Shown here piece after piece: positions 1-12,937 of a DNA stretch of 64,000 nucleotides (position 1 is its first letter; each line of letters opens with the position of its first letter). The DNA is taken from contig CM030335.1 of assembly GCA_017654855.1 (NCBI GenBank), positions 1,860,001 to 1,924,000 on the forward strand, given 5' to 3'. The notes beneath the pieces are model-generated. The model did no database searches, was not told where the DNA came from, and saw only the letters and a list, made by a program, of their open reading frames with translations. A program made the position numbers and the translations under genes. This stretch comes from Podospora anserina. Taxonomy: Eukaryota.

Positions 1-1425
1 GTTTCTCCTTCCCAATCTAGATCGAGGCGTGTAACAATGTCGACTTCGCGATATATACTCTGTAGATAGTTTTCTGCCTTCTCCCTTCTCCTGATCCTGA
101 ATGAGCGGTATAGGTATCTTGACCAGCTGAAGAGAACATCCATAAAGGGCAAGATGGGGCGAATCATCTGTGCGGTGCCAGTCACAAGTGGTCAGATTTC
201 ACAGCCGAGCAACCGAAGCTGGGCCCGAAGCATGGCCCGAAAGTACAGCCAAGAAGTGTAGCAGTCTGGAGCTGGAACAGTGCAATGTAACTAAAAGTTC
301 CCAAGAATTTTGTGGTGGAGAAGGCTTGTTTAGCTTCACATGGCCGAGTCCACAAGCGCTATTAGCCAGTTGACAGTGTCGGATTCTTCGCTTCGTGTTT
401 CGTTATGGCGTTTTAGTTTGCTCAGTTTGATCCAAGAGGCGACGATCTCCCAGATCTGTAGCCGTATCCGAGTGCGCCGACGTGATACCGGAGCTGGCTC
501 CGAAAGGGTGTGTCGATGCATAAGAGGAAGGCCATCGGGCCGTCTCTCTCATGACTGCTACATGGTGTAGTAGCATACCATCCATCCGCTAGGTAGATCA
601 ACCACAACCCCGGGTCATTTTATCCATTTTAAGATATGACGAGGCAAGGACCAGCTTTCAGTCTTGAGCGGGGTATGGATTGATTGCCCATTCCGCGCGG
701 ATGACGGACGGGATAGATGCAGTCGAGCGGCGACACTGTTGGCTGCAGGTGGGAAACAAGGAGCCATGTTCGTGCCAAGAGGGCGTCCTTTGAGCAGCCA
801 GATGGGAACCAGGCACGGACGAGACGGTAGGGGATCAAACAAACGTGGCAGCCCTGCGTGTCACGGTGGATGGGGAGACTTGAGAGGCTCACAAAGGAAA
901 GGTTGATAAAACAGAAAGCAAAAAAAAGCTTTGACGGGAGAGAGGTGGGCGTGGTCGGTGGGGAATCACGCTATTGTCGGTCTGGGCCCACTCCCCCACT
1001 GGGATGGCCTGTCAGCTTGTGGAGGAGTGCTCCATTATCGCGACCATTGGCTCGTGGGGAATGAGGGGAGGGCCTCGGGGGAGCAGGCGGGAGCTGTCCC
1101 CCCCAGGGGTATCCATCCTGCAGGTCATGGAGGGATCCCCATTTCCCCATGATACAAGATGACCCTCCCCCAGCGACTGTCCCCTCTCCGACCTCCTGCG
1201 ATACGACCCTGTCGTCCTCTTTTCCGCTTCACCTCCGTCTTCACTCCCACCCCCATTGCTCCCATTGCTCCCATTGCTCTCTGAGACCCAGGGCCCGCCG
1301 ACCTGGTAGCCGGATTTGCGATCATCCGAGGCTTTGATCTGCCCTGCGTTTCCCACACAGCTTTCCTCCTTCAGATACGAACATCATCTCCTTTACGATC
1401 GCGACCTCGTTACAATCGATCAAAG

Positions 1426-3348
1426 ATGGAACCCTATGCATACCCTGCCGAAGGGTTGGATGAGATGGCGTAAGCTAGTCACCCGCCACACCGCCGTTGA
1501 ACCGCTCAGTTCACCAAATGGTTGCTAACGGCTGGGAACAGAGAAAAGTTGAACCGATTAAGCACAGCGGACTCGCGGCATGGTGACTCGGCCCCATTGC
1601 TCAACGGGCGGTCCTATGACGCCTACGATCCCCGACTACGACCCCCCTCGAGCGGCTACCCGCTGCCACCGACTCCCGAGTCGCAATGGAGTCCCACCGA
1701 TGACCTTTTCCGAGTCCCGAATTATGAGCTTGGCCAGCGGCACGCTGCCGCATTGCCGCTGCAGCGTCCGGTGTCGAGGAGCAAGTCGTCACTTTTCCGA
1801 AAAGACTCGCATACATCGGACCGAAGGCCCTCGAGAGGCTCGTCCGCCGGTTTCAGCCTGTACCCCGCAGCCCGTCCACCACCGCCGAAGCAGCCGCTGC
1901 CCGCGCTTCCCTCCAACAAATCTGCACGCCGCATCTCATCCCAGGGCTCCTTTGACAGCAGCTCAATTGCATCGGGCGAGACTTCGAGATACTCGGATTC
2001 CACCAGGGGTTTTGGGCTCGAGCGAGTGCCCACGAACGGAACACCAACGTCTCCACACACCAATGCGCATTTCGTGGCTGTCCCTCCCGTGCCCGAGGAA
2101 TATCGGACACGGCAGGCATCACAATCCACGGCTGTGACTGTTGTGCCCTGGAAATCTCTCACACACCAGGAAAAGGCCCCCAAGGATCCATCCGTCTACT
2201 TCTTTGACATTTCAACAACGTCTGCCACCCTGGCCAGCAAACATGGCAACAACATCATCAAGGTGTGGTCTGTCGGCTCAGGCGAGGTCCAGAGCCAGAT
2301 CAAAATCTCTTGCTACACAACCGCCCAGCCTCGGTCGCGCGAGTATTTCGTCCGTAGCCATGCCATTCTTTCCGAGCCCTCCAACATGATAGCCATTGCC
2401 ACCGGCTTCGGTGACTCGCTCGAGATTTGGGACTGGGGCAAGAAGAAGAAGCTGCAGTCCATGGACAAGGCGGACCGTTGGGCCGCCGTTCGCTCCAACG
2501 TTATGGAAGCCGGATGGTGCCCCCTTGTCACCTACAGAGGAGACAACGACACCATCGAGCTGTGGGAAGCGACATACTCCAAGAAGCCATTCAAGAAGAC
2601 GCGCGTGATTGAGCTCGCCAGGGCGGGTCTCCCGGTGTTGCCAAAGTATCCCGAACTCGCCTTCTCCGCCACTGGACCCCTCCTGATCACCGCCTCCGGG
2701 CCTCGGCCACCCAGACTAGGGCACCCTCCTCCCGAGAGAGAGACGCTCCTCATAGCCTGGGAGATCCACAACGGCGCCGAAATGACAACACCGTACAAGG
2801 TCGTGGCACCATGGCAGCATGCCGAGCTGGACACCGCCCTCCCATCTGGTCTCGCCACCTACGGTTCAGTCGCCGTATCAATCTGGATCCCCGCCTCCTA
2901 CCGTGCCATCCCCGTCCCGGCCGCGAGGGGCGGCAACGGGTACAACCTCGCCCCCGCCTCGGTCCCCTTCCGGTATGTCCTTGTATGGGACTTTTCTGCG
3001 TCATCCACGAAGACCTTCCGCATCCCCAACGCCATGTCGTGCGTAAGCCCGGATTGCAGATTTATCGCCTACTGTGACTCTAGGGGGGTTGACTCGGGAG
3101 CGAGAGGATGCTTGGCGGTGCTGGATGCCATGACGGGGAAGCAGCTGTGGTGCTGGCCGGACCCGGATGCCACTGCTGCGGACGTTGATATGATGGCTGG
3201 GTTCAGCCAGTTGGCGAATTTGAGCAAGGTGACGGAGATGTGCTTTTCTGCCGATGGCGGCTTCTTGTTCATTGGGGACAGCGAGGGCGGCACGGGGGTT
3301 TTTGAGGTGAGGGAGGGCGGAAAGGGGATTAGCATGAGGCCTGTCTAG
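1426..3348 (+). CDS. Hypothetical protein: Ser/Pro-rich N-terminus and C-terminal WD40/YVTN-like beta-propeller. Exons 1426-1469, 1542-3348
   Basis: 608-aa ORF 1522..3348. Intron 1470-1541 (GTAAGC...GCTAAC...CAG) joins in frame to ATG at 1426 (MEPYAYPAEGLDEMAEKLNRL). Beta-strand repeats IIKVWSV, LEIWDWG, IELWE, VLVWDFS, FSADGGFLFIGD. Confidence 0.75.
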
Positions 3349-6300
3349 GAGACGTCTCTGCTTTCCCTGCAAGACATCTTGGATGAGGGTGACCAGAGAA
3401 CTAATGGGAAGAAGAAAAAGAAGGAGGTCGAGCGGAAGGAAGATGTGCGGGACAAGGAAAGGGAAAGCGAGGGTCTCGATGCCTTGAATGAGCTGGTCAA
3501 ACAGGTCGAGGCGGAAGAGAGGGTCTGGAGGACAGGTCAAAGCGGGAGGTGGTGATGACGCATGCCTTTCAATCTTTGAGATATAATGGTTGTAATCTAG
3601 GAAGACATCTGAGCTGGATTTTTTTCACATTCTTCATCGGGAGGGGTTTGGGGCGGGGATTTGACACTGCGGCGGTAGTCACGGAGATTGGATCATCAGG
3701 CTTGTGGATAGGAGGTCGGCTGGGGAATATGACAGGATGAGAACGAGGGTTTGGCCTAGCCAGCGGTTGTTTATGTTTTTCTTTTTCTCTTTTTCACAGA
3801 TGTGTATTGCTTGAGATTTTCACGGATACCCCCTTCCCCTACCGAACCAGCCACGTTAGCACGTTTGGGCATTTTGTTGCGCAGACAAATTGAACTAATT
3901 TAATGTCATGGGAACTTGATACAATGTTCAAAAGCCTTCCGAGACATGATCAAGGCATGTTAAGAATATTTATAATTGTCCAAATTTTTCCTTGAACACC
4001 TATCAACCACCTGTTCGAACCCCCATCCGGATAGCAGTCTCTCCAGTTTTATGAGCAGAATACACACAGTCGTCTGTTCTTTCAACCCTATCCCAAAACC
4101 CAACAAGACATCCTCCCAGAGAAAGCTCAGTACAGCCAAAGGCTTTTCGACTGAATATCCCTCACCCATAGAAGTTGACTGTTGGTTATATAAGTCTGGA
4201 CTTAATCATGCACTGTCTGCTTACCCGCCTGCCCAAAATATTACATACAGGCAATTAATCATATAAATGCCCCAATGTTGAGCTATCCCAGTATAAAGCG
4301 CAATCCAGACAAGCGACCACACCCTGGGTAGACTGTTATAAATTGAGGTAAGACAACGGAGTCTTTTGCGGGGCGGGAAAAAAGGGGGATTCTCAATCAT
4401 GGCGGACTAGACACATGCTTTTTGTGTTACGGGTATTACCTATACAGATAAAGTACCCAAGTTTACTATAACGTTTACCAGGTTGTGGGTGATGAGAGAA
4501 AAACATAGAGCAGGACTGAGAAGGCTGTTTGATTATGGCTACCTACTTTAGTGGAAAGGGTTAAGGAAACGAATCGGTCGCTGAGCTACTTTATTTTTGT
4601 TTGTGCGAAGGATATGGCACGAGTGGTGTGAGTTAAGGCGGTGATATAGCGGAAGGAGTATGTCTAGAGTATGAACCAGTAATGTAGTGTGGGTAGACGA
4701 ACCAGAAATAAGTAGACGTTAGATCGATAGCCTTTTCTCAGATACGGTCAATTTACACCACAAGAAATGAACGAATTTCACAGCTACATTTTTATGAATC
4801 TGATTGCCCGCCGGCCGGTCAAACGCTCTGGACAGTGAACAGTGAGCTCGCTGCCTTCGAGGCCTCCTTTTGTTCCAGCTCGGAGTGTTAACTGATGGCC
4901 GATGGAAGCTGGCACTGAATTCCAAGTCGGCAAGTCCGAGCAGCTAACGCCATGTCACAGATCACTCTGGTTTGTACCGATGAATGAGCCCTCATCGAAC
5001 GGTGGTAGGTTCCCCTCTTAGAACGTCTCGTACAGCACGGCGCGGTGGTCAATTAGTCCTACTTAATCAGACTTCCAGTACCCAAATCAGGTTACCTGAG
5101 ATACTTATAATAGTGTATTACTACAGCTAGTTAAGTCCATTCTCCGTCGGCAGAACTAAACAAGGGATTGCACCAATCATAAACTTGGTCAATCTTACGG
5201 CATCGAAAGCGTCACAGAGACGACTGGAACAGAACAGCTTGAAGGGATGATGGAAGAGTTGTGTCAGCATGTTTTAATCACTTCCTGTTATTTGCCCATG
5301 TGTAAACATACCTATTGAGATATTGCCAAACACAAGATACCTTGACTGTGGTTGCCTACGGCACCCACAAAAGGCAGGAGCGAAGCTCCTCCTCCACGGG
5401 CCCCAGGTCCACCATGTATCTCGGAAAAAGGAGGAAATGCTCCCGACATAAGAATAGACCAATGAGCATCCAGAGAACTCTCGGTCGCCAAGAACCCCCC
5501 CTTTTTTCACCCCTGAACAGTTGCTATGGTAACGGCTCTGCTCATCACCTTATGGGCAAAGAATAGAGACTGCTTCTAGGAATGAGGGCTGTTGAAATGA
5601 TTGATGGGCTTCCAAGATATACGAGAAGGTTTGTAATATTGTTAAGCGCGTTTCTTGTAATACTTTCAGGTCCTGATTCTTACATTTGCGGCCTCAAGTT
5701 TTCTACCCCACGACTTGCTCAAGTCTCTCTACCTTGGCGTTGATCACCGCAGAGAGAGCCTCGGGTTAGCTGTCGTACCTCCAGTCCAGAGTCCATGTTT
5801 CGGTCTCATCGACCTCATCACCTGCATTGCCGTTCACCGACGGCGGCTCGATATCTCGTCTCGCATTCTCCTCTTGGAGTATCCTGTTCCGCACCACTTG
5901 CCTACCATCTCCCATCCTCAGCATCCATTGCCGAGCCTGGAAACTGCCGATCGATCAAAACAGAAGCATGCAGGCAACAAAACAAGGAAAGTCAAGCTTT
6001 CTGGTCAAGCTTTGAGTGATATCAAGCCGTCCGTATCCCGTGTCCGCTGAGCACGTTACAGAAGCATCGTCGATCGGTTAGACAACGGCACGCGAGTGAC
6101 TGCCGACTCGAGACATTGGCATATACCTCACCAGTGACTTCTCCCAAACGGGGCTACCTACCCGTTTCCTATTGTTTCTCGCAAGAACAACCCTGGAGAA
6201 GCAAACAACTCTGTAAATAGCTCCAGGTTCCCTCTCATGTCCCCAGAGCCTCGAAGCAGTGTATCTTGCTCACCCCCAATTGCCGAACGTCGATCTCCAA

Positions 6301-6447
6301 GTGCGAGATAGACTTGAAATTCTCCATCTCGTATACCTCCAAAAAATGATCACCCTCGGAGAATACCACCGTCACACAGAACCAAAAAAAAAAAATTCAT
6401 AGCGAAGCTTTTCCCTTCACATACCACCCTTCCCGTGCAACAACGAT

Positions 6448-9400
6448 CGGCGAATGTCGGATGGGATACGGGCCGCCAGCAGTAAGCGGCATCGCACCAG
6501 ACATTTATACACACGCCCCCACCACCAACCAACCGGGCCGGTGCGATCCCGCTTTTGCTGGTGATAAAACAGAAAAAGGATGATCGTTTCTCAAAGAGGT
6601 CAAGTACCTGCCTCTCCCATTCCCTTGTGAGACCAGCAAGTTTCTAGTATACAGCGTCCCGGAGAAAACAGGTCCGATAGGTAATCGGTCCGGCCCGGCA
6701 CTTGTTCGATCTGAGAGAAGAGGAGCCTTCCTCGGCAACAAAACAGGGAGAAAATAGTGTAATTCTGGTCACGCCTGACGAAAAGGACAGAACAGGGGAC
6801 CGAAATCTCGGCGCGTGAGATCTTTGGTGCTGGTGGCCACTGGCCAGGGGGTTCTTGTTGGAACGAATCACTCAGATCCTGTCTCCGCTGACTGGGGGGG
6901 ACTCCCGAAGTGATGATGATACACTCCCGTGTTCAGCGAGCCATCCATCTCTTGGCACCTATGGGCAATAAATCTGATCTGTGTGGACACCACCGCCCAC
7001 GGCCACGGGGGAAGGTAAACAGAGATGCCAATTCTGTTACAAGTGGCTTGTGGTGGATTAGATCTAGCGGGCTCACCCGTCTGGGCACTTCTACCGAGAA
7101 ATGTTTGATATCCGGATTTTTATTTTATTTTAAAATCTCTGTATATTTATTGCTCACCATCCACACCATCCTCGAGCAATTCAAATGACAAGAGTTCGCA
7201 GGGTCGGCTACAGCCCCCTACCTATTTCCGTCCGTTGGACAATTGTTGCGGAAAGTAGCCGAAATGTTGGTTGTATATCTTGCTTCCCAGCCCGATCCGA
7301 CATAGCCGGGTGAGAAGGCGGAACTGATTATGCGAAATCGCCAAGCACATCATCAGCATGATATAGGCAAGCAAGCAGCAAGGGGTTGATATTGGAGGCC
7401 TCGAAACATAGGGAAGCAGAAGAAGAAAAATTGTGATATCAACTTTTGAAAGTGTAGCATTCGGCCAGCATCGGGTGAGGTTTTTCCCCCCGTTGGTGAA
7501 TGTTTTGGCGTACAACGGGCGGGCTGCCAAGAAAAGTCCCCCGAGTCGGCGGATGTCGGGGGATCGGCAGGTGTTGTGTGGTGAGTGAAGTTCTTCGAAA
7601 TGGCCGGCGCCCCCGGGGGGCCGAAGCTGATTGCCGGCGGAAAAGGAAAAGAGCGATGGGTAAAACCGGGACAGGTTCTAGAACGTGCAGATTGGTGATG
7701 CAGGGGTTGTTCCTACCCGCTGGGCCAGGGTCACACACACACACACACACACACACCCTTGGTTCCCGCGATGATGGCCTTCTTGGCTTCTTGAAATTCT
7801 GGTTCAGCCGTTTCACAGCATTTTGGAGATGGGCTTGGCCTGCGTCGCCCGTGGCAGCTTGGCGAGCTTCTGGGGTCCCCCCATCGGCCAGTCACGATAA
7901 GTGTCAATTGCTGTCATGGCTGACGTATTATTGCCATTTTGCTGCAGCATCGAAGCTGTTGGGTTTGCCGTGGCTTAGGTAATTCGCCCGGAGACTGCAA
8001 GACTTGAAAAATTCTATTCGGTACACCGAAATGTTTCCCAGGGGTCTTTACCGCTCCTTTCCGTCCTCGTGACTTGTTGTTCTCTTCAGTTGGAAAAAAA
8101 TGCTGTTAGTTCTCTTTCGCTTTTCAGCAGAGGGGTGTGGCCAATAGCACAATACGGATTTGCCGGAATCACATGGGCGAGGCTTCAGAGCCAGGCCCCA
8201 GGTCACGTTGGCGGAAAGTTACGTAAGACACAAGCTCTCTTACCCCAGAAAATTCAAGACCAAGCAAGGCACCAAGTCAAGCCCGGGCTTTCAACGGCCA
8301 ACCCCTGGACAACGGAATTGAGAAAAGGTTTTGTTTTCGTAGTAGCACCAAGGCACCAACCATACCATCACGATCACAACCTGTTGGAAGATGTGCGAAA
8401 ACGGCAAGAAAATAGAAAAGTCAAAGATGCGGTCGGGAAGAGTCGGAACTGCGGTTTGTGACCTTTGATTTGCGGAAGGGCCCCGCCGATACTAATGCCC
8501 GCCCGGCACGATGACGGAATGTGGTCGGCAAAGCAGAATGGCATTTTGTGTCATAGCGGGGCATCCGTTGTGGGCTCGTGGCTCTCGGCAGCATCAGATG
8601 CTGTAGGTTCACTGCAAGTGCAGCAGCAGTTCATCCAAAACAGATACTTGCTTGTCGAAAGAATGTGACTGAATTGATCAACAGAGATGCGCCGGGCCAA
8701 CGGAGACCAACAGGACGGTCGACCGCTGCATACCGCCCCTCGCCCTTTGGGACCACCCTCAATCCTCAACGGCGCGCGTCATGAGAGGAGGGCCCTGTAA
8801 AGTCTCTGTTGACCTCGTGGTGTTCCCCGGCACCATGCATGTCACTCGGCGGGCTCGTTGTGGGAGAGAGGAGGAACCGCGGGGTAAGGGTTGACGGCGT
8901 TGACTGTTCGAGAACAGGTTCAGCCCGGGAGAAACAGGTTGCCAAGGGCTCGGCACGCTCATGCCCCAGACTTTTCGTCGTCCCACAGCCGTCTGCTGCT
9001 GCCGTCCAATGGCTGCGGGCCCAGGTAGAGCCCCTTTCAGCCCTGTCCGCTCACATCCACGACACCGTTTGTAGCAAAACAAAACAGCCGTATCCATGAC
9101 GCCGCGCCGTGATGGCTGGGGGCGTCATCTGCGGAGGAGCGTCATGTGCCAGGCTGAACGGGGTCTCAGCCTCTGAAGTGAGGCAAGCCCCACCCCTCCG
9201 GGGAAGAGTTGTTGACAGTACGGAGTGACAAGGCAGGTAACCAGCAAGACCTTGAAACGAATCCCTTCCTACTTTACCCGAGGATATCTTGCCTTACGGT
9301 GCGATTAGTAGAGTATACTCGGTACAAGTCCGAGTCTCGGAGAGGAAGGTAAAACGGAAAGCAGATAGGAGGTGGCCCAAGTGGTCCAGGCAAGACGGCT

Positions 9401-9466
9401 GCACAGGAGACAAGCAGAAGAGGTAGGTAGGTTCAGGTTTGTGTGAAACAGGGCCGCCTGCTTCCG
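6448..9466. promoter_or_regulatory. Cluster of CGG-N7-CGG / CCG-N7-CCG motifs upstream of PEPCK (candidate AcuK/AcuM = AOD2/AOD5 = RSE2/RSE3 sites)
   Basis: Matches at 6448 (CGGCGAATGTCGG), 6686, 7547 (CGGCGGATGTCGG), 8051, 8434 (CGGGAAGAGTCGG), 8723 and 9454. This zinc-cluster heterodimer is a known regulator of fungal PEPCK. Confidence 0.5.
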
Positions 9467-10000
9467 GATTGGGATGTATCTTTGTCGCACCAAACAAATC
9501 ACAAATCCACCCGGCGGAACGGCCCCAGAGAGAGGAATCGATGCATCGCCGCCTCTCCGTCCCGAAAGGCGACACGCAGCGACAGGGGCCTCCTTCAGAC
9601 TCTCCGGAAACAATTCGTGGCCCAGCGGCCCAATCATTGTGAGCCCGAAGCAGCACCCACTCGCACCCGGTTCAGTCCCGGGCTTGGAGCCGTAAATCGC
9701 CAAGTTCTACAAGTTGGAATGCTGTCGTCACGCCTCATTGGATCTGCCCTGTTTACGGGCCCCACGTCTTTATATATTCTCACTCCTCTGCCTCGGGTCT
9801 GTCTTATCAGCACTTCCTGGTCAACACCTGCCGCATACCCCATACGCTCCGTACGCTCCATACACTCCGGCTGTCAACCCTGCAGAAAGTGGATTGCCCA
9901 CAAGCCCCCATCGTCAAGCTCGTCCCAGCTCCCGTGTTCCCTGTCGACGCTCAGCCCAAACCTAAGCCAACACGACGGCCGCGAAAAGCACTTAAGAACC

Positions 10001-12446
10001 ATGAACGACCCCGTTGCCAGAACCGCTTCTCCCTACACTGATCCATCCGTCAAAGGCCCTCGCAGCCATCTTCTCTCTTCCCAACGTCCCTCGACCAAAC
10101 CATCCGACAGTCAGTATTCTCCTCTGCTCCCCCTTTCAGGCTTTCTGTGGCTGACCATGGCGTTCTTTTCACCCACACAGTGCTCGTCAACACAGTAAAC
10201 AAGACCGGCCTCCATCCCGGCGGTGTCGTTCCTCACCACGAGCACACCGAGCTCGAGGAGGAGCTCCACGAGAAGGCTCACATCGACTACAACCGTGTTG
10301 CCATCATCGCCAACCCATCAGTGGCCGCCCTCTACGAGGATGCTTTGGTCTACGAGACCGGCACTGCCATCACCTCCAGCGGTGCTCTTACCGCCTACTC
10401 CGGCAAGAAGACTGGCCGCTCTCCATCAGACAAGCGTGTCGTCAAGGAGCCATCTTCCGAGAACGAAATCTGGTATGTTTTACTCTTCGACTGTCTTGTT
10501 GAGACAACATCTGAACACAGTCCGCTAACGCATCCGATAGGTGGGGCCCTGTCAACAAGCCCATGACTCCTGAGGTGAGACTTTTGCTCCTTTCCTTTAT
10601 TATTTTTTTCTTTCTCTTTTTATGTTCTTCAGCCGATGGCACCCGGACCCCAAGGGGGCGGCGCCAAACATGCGGCCATGCGACATGCGACATTTGACAT
10701 TCGACATGTGGCCGACATCACGAGCACGCCCCAGCGTGATGTCTGCTGCGCGCCTCGGCGTCCTATGAGACCAAAAGTCTGATGTCAATTCACCATGGAC
10801 GTCATTGTGCTTGGCGATGAGCGCATCAACAATGGCTTTTTTTTCTCTTTTCTTTTTCGGGCGCCCGGAAGAAGACGATGCTCAGTTTCTCGGCAATTTT
10901 GGCGGGCGGCAGCGTCATTGTCGAGTCGTGCAGCCTTGACAGCCCCATGTCGTTTTCGTCATACCCTGGCAATCCCCAAATGCACCCCGCTCCCGAGGGC
11001 CGATCCAGACCCCACCTTTTCTTTCCTTTTCCTTATTCTCCACCAGCTCCAGATGGCCATCACGTGAACACCCCAATGCTAACCACCCTTTGCCCCAAAT
11101 AGGTCTGGAAGATCAACCGTGAGCGTGCCATCGACTACCTGAACACCAGAAATCGCATCTACGTCGTTGACGGCTATGCCGGCTGGGACGAGAAGTACCG
11201 CATCAAGGTCCGCGTTGTCTGCGCCCGCGCCTACCATGCCCTCTTCATGCGCAACATGCTCATCCGCCCCTCGCGCGAGGAGCTCGAGCACTTCCACCCC
11301 GACTACACCATCTACAATGCCGGTTCCTTCCCCGCCAACCGCTACACTGAGGGTATGACCTCGGGCACCTCGGTCGCCATCAACTTTGCCGAGAAGGAGA
11401 TGGTCATCCTCGGTACCGAGTACGCGGGCGAAATGAAGAAGGGTGTCTTCACCGTCATGTTCTATGAGGGCCCCGTCAAGCACAACATCCTGACCCTCCA
11501 CTCCTCGGCCAACGAGGGCAAGGACGGCGACGTCACCCTCTTCTTCGGTCTCTCCGGCACCGGCAAGACCACCCTCTCTGCCGACCCCAACCGCGCCCTC
11601 ATCGGTGACGACGAGCACGTCTGGTCCGACACCGGTGTCTTCAACATCGAGGGCGGCTGCTACGCCAAGACAGTCGGTCTGTCGGCCGAGAAGGAGCCGG
11701 ATATCTACAACGCCATCAAGTACGGCTCCGTCCTCGAGAACGTCATCTTTGACCCCGAGACCAGGATCGTTGACTACGACGACGTCACCCTGACCGAGAA
11801 CACGCGCTGCGCCTACCCGATCGAGTACATCAACAACGCCAAGATCCCCTGCCTGTCCAACAACCACCCCAAGAACATCATCCTCCTGACCTGCGACGCC
11901 CGCGGCGTCCTCCCGCCCATCTCCAAGCTCAACTCGGCCCAGACAATGTTCCACTTCATTTCCGGTTACACCTCCAAGATGGCCGGCACCGAAGACGGCA
12001 TCCTCGAGCCCCAGGCGACTTTCTCGTCTTGCTTCGCCCAGCCCTTCCTCGCTCTGCATCCCATGCGCTACGCAAAGATGCTCGCGCAAAAGATCGAGGC
12101 CCACGGCGCCAACGCCTGGCTGCTCAACACCGGCTGGGTGGGCGCCGGTTTCTCCCAGGGCGGCAAGCGCTGCCCGCTCAAGTACACGCGCGCCATCCTC
12201 GACGCGATTCACTCTGGCGAGCTGGCCAAGGTGGAGTATGAGAACTATGGTGTTTTCAACCTGCAGGTTCCCAAGACTTGCCCCGGCGTGCCGGACGAGC
12301 TGTTGAATCCTCAGAATGCCTGGACTGCGGGGGCCGACAGCTTCAAGGCTGAGGTTACCAAGCTTGGTGGGCTTTTCTTGGAGAATTTCAAAAAGTATGA
12401 GAGCGAGGCTACGGATGATGTGAGGGCTGCTGCGCCGGTTGTTTAA
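10001..12446 (+). CDS. pck1: Phosphoenolpyruvate carboxykinase (ATP), acuF/acu-6 orthologue. Exons 10001-10109, 10181-10472, 10541-10574, 11103-12446; alternative starts possible
   Basis: Motifs [20 protein letters not shown]-loop [37 protein letters not shown]. All three introns are GT-AG with CTAAC/CTGAC branch sites and keep the frame. Confidence 0.97.
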
Positions 12447-12733
12447 GTTTGGGGCGGGAAAGCATTACCAGCATGAGATGGCGTTTTTTTTTTGAGACTG
12501 CTTTGGATATAAGCATGGGTTTTTTTTCCCCTTTCTTTCATATGGCTTTTTTTTTTTTTCCTTTTCTCTTTCGACGCCAGCCTGATTTTTTTTTGTCGCG
12601 CAGTACGCGGCGAGATGATGGGAATTACATGTTTGATATGAGAACACTTTTTTCTCTTTTTGGTTTGGAAAAAAAGGGGATTAGATGAGAGAAGGGGTCA
12701 GTCGTTACTGGACCAGGGGCGCTCTTGTGAGGC

Positions 12734-12737
<4 letters not shown>

Positions 12738-12769
<32 letters not shown>

Positions 12770-12775
12770 TATATA
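12738..12775. repeat. (TA)n microsatellite between the convergent PEPCK and P450 3' ends
   Basis: Directly visible TA run with one interruption. Confidence 0.95.
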
Positions 12776-12937
12776 GTGTGTTGAAGTAATCAAGTCAGTT
12801 TGGAACACTTTTTGACCTTTGTGTGTGATGTGATTGTAAGCTTTAATTCCTGGTGATTCCGTTTCACATCATATACCCACAACAGACAACTTTATCCAAA
12901 AAACCAAATAAAATTTCACGCCTACCCATCCACCTAT

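Noticed and set aside
11079-12212. 377-aa ORF antisense to PEPCK
   Set aside because: Shadow frame produced by strong C-ending codon bias on the sense strand; no recognisable motifs.
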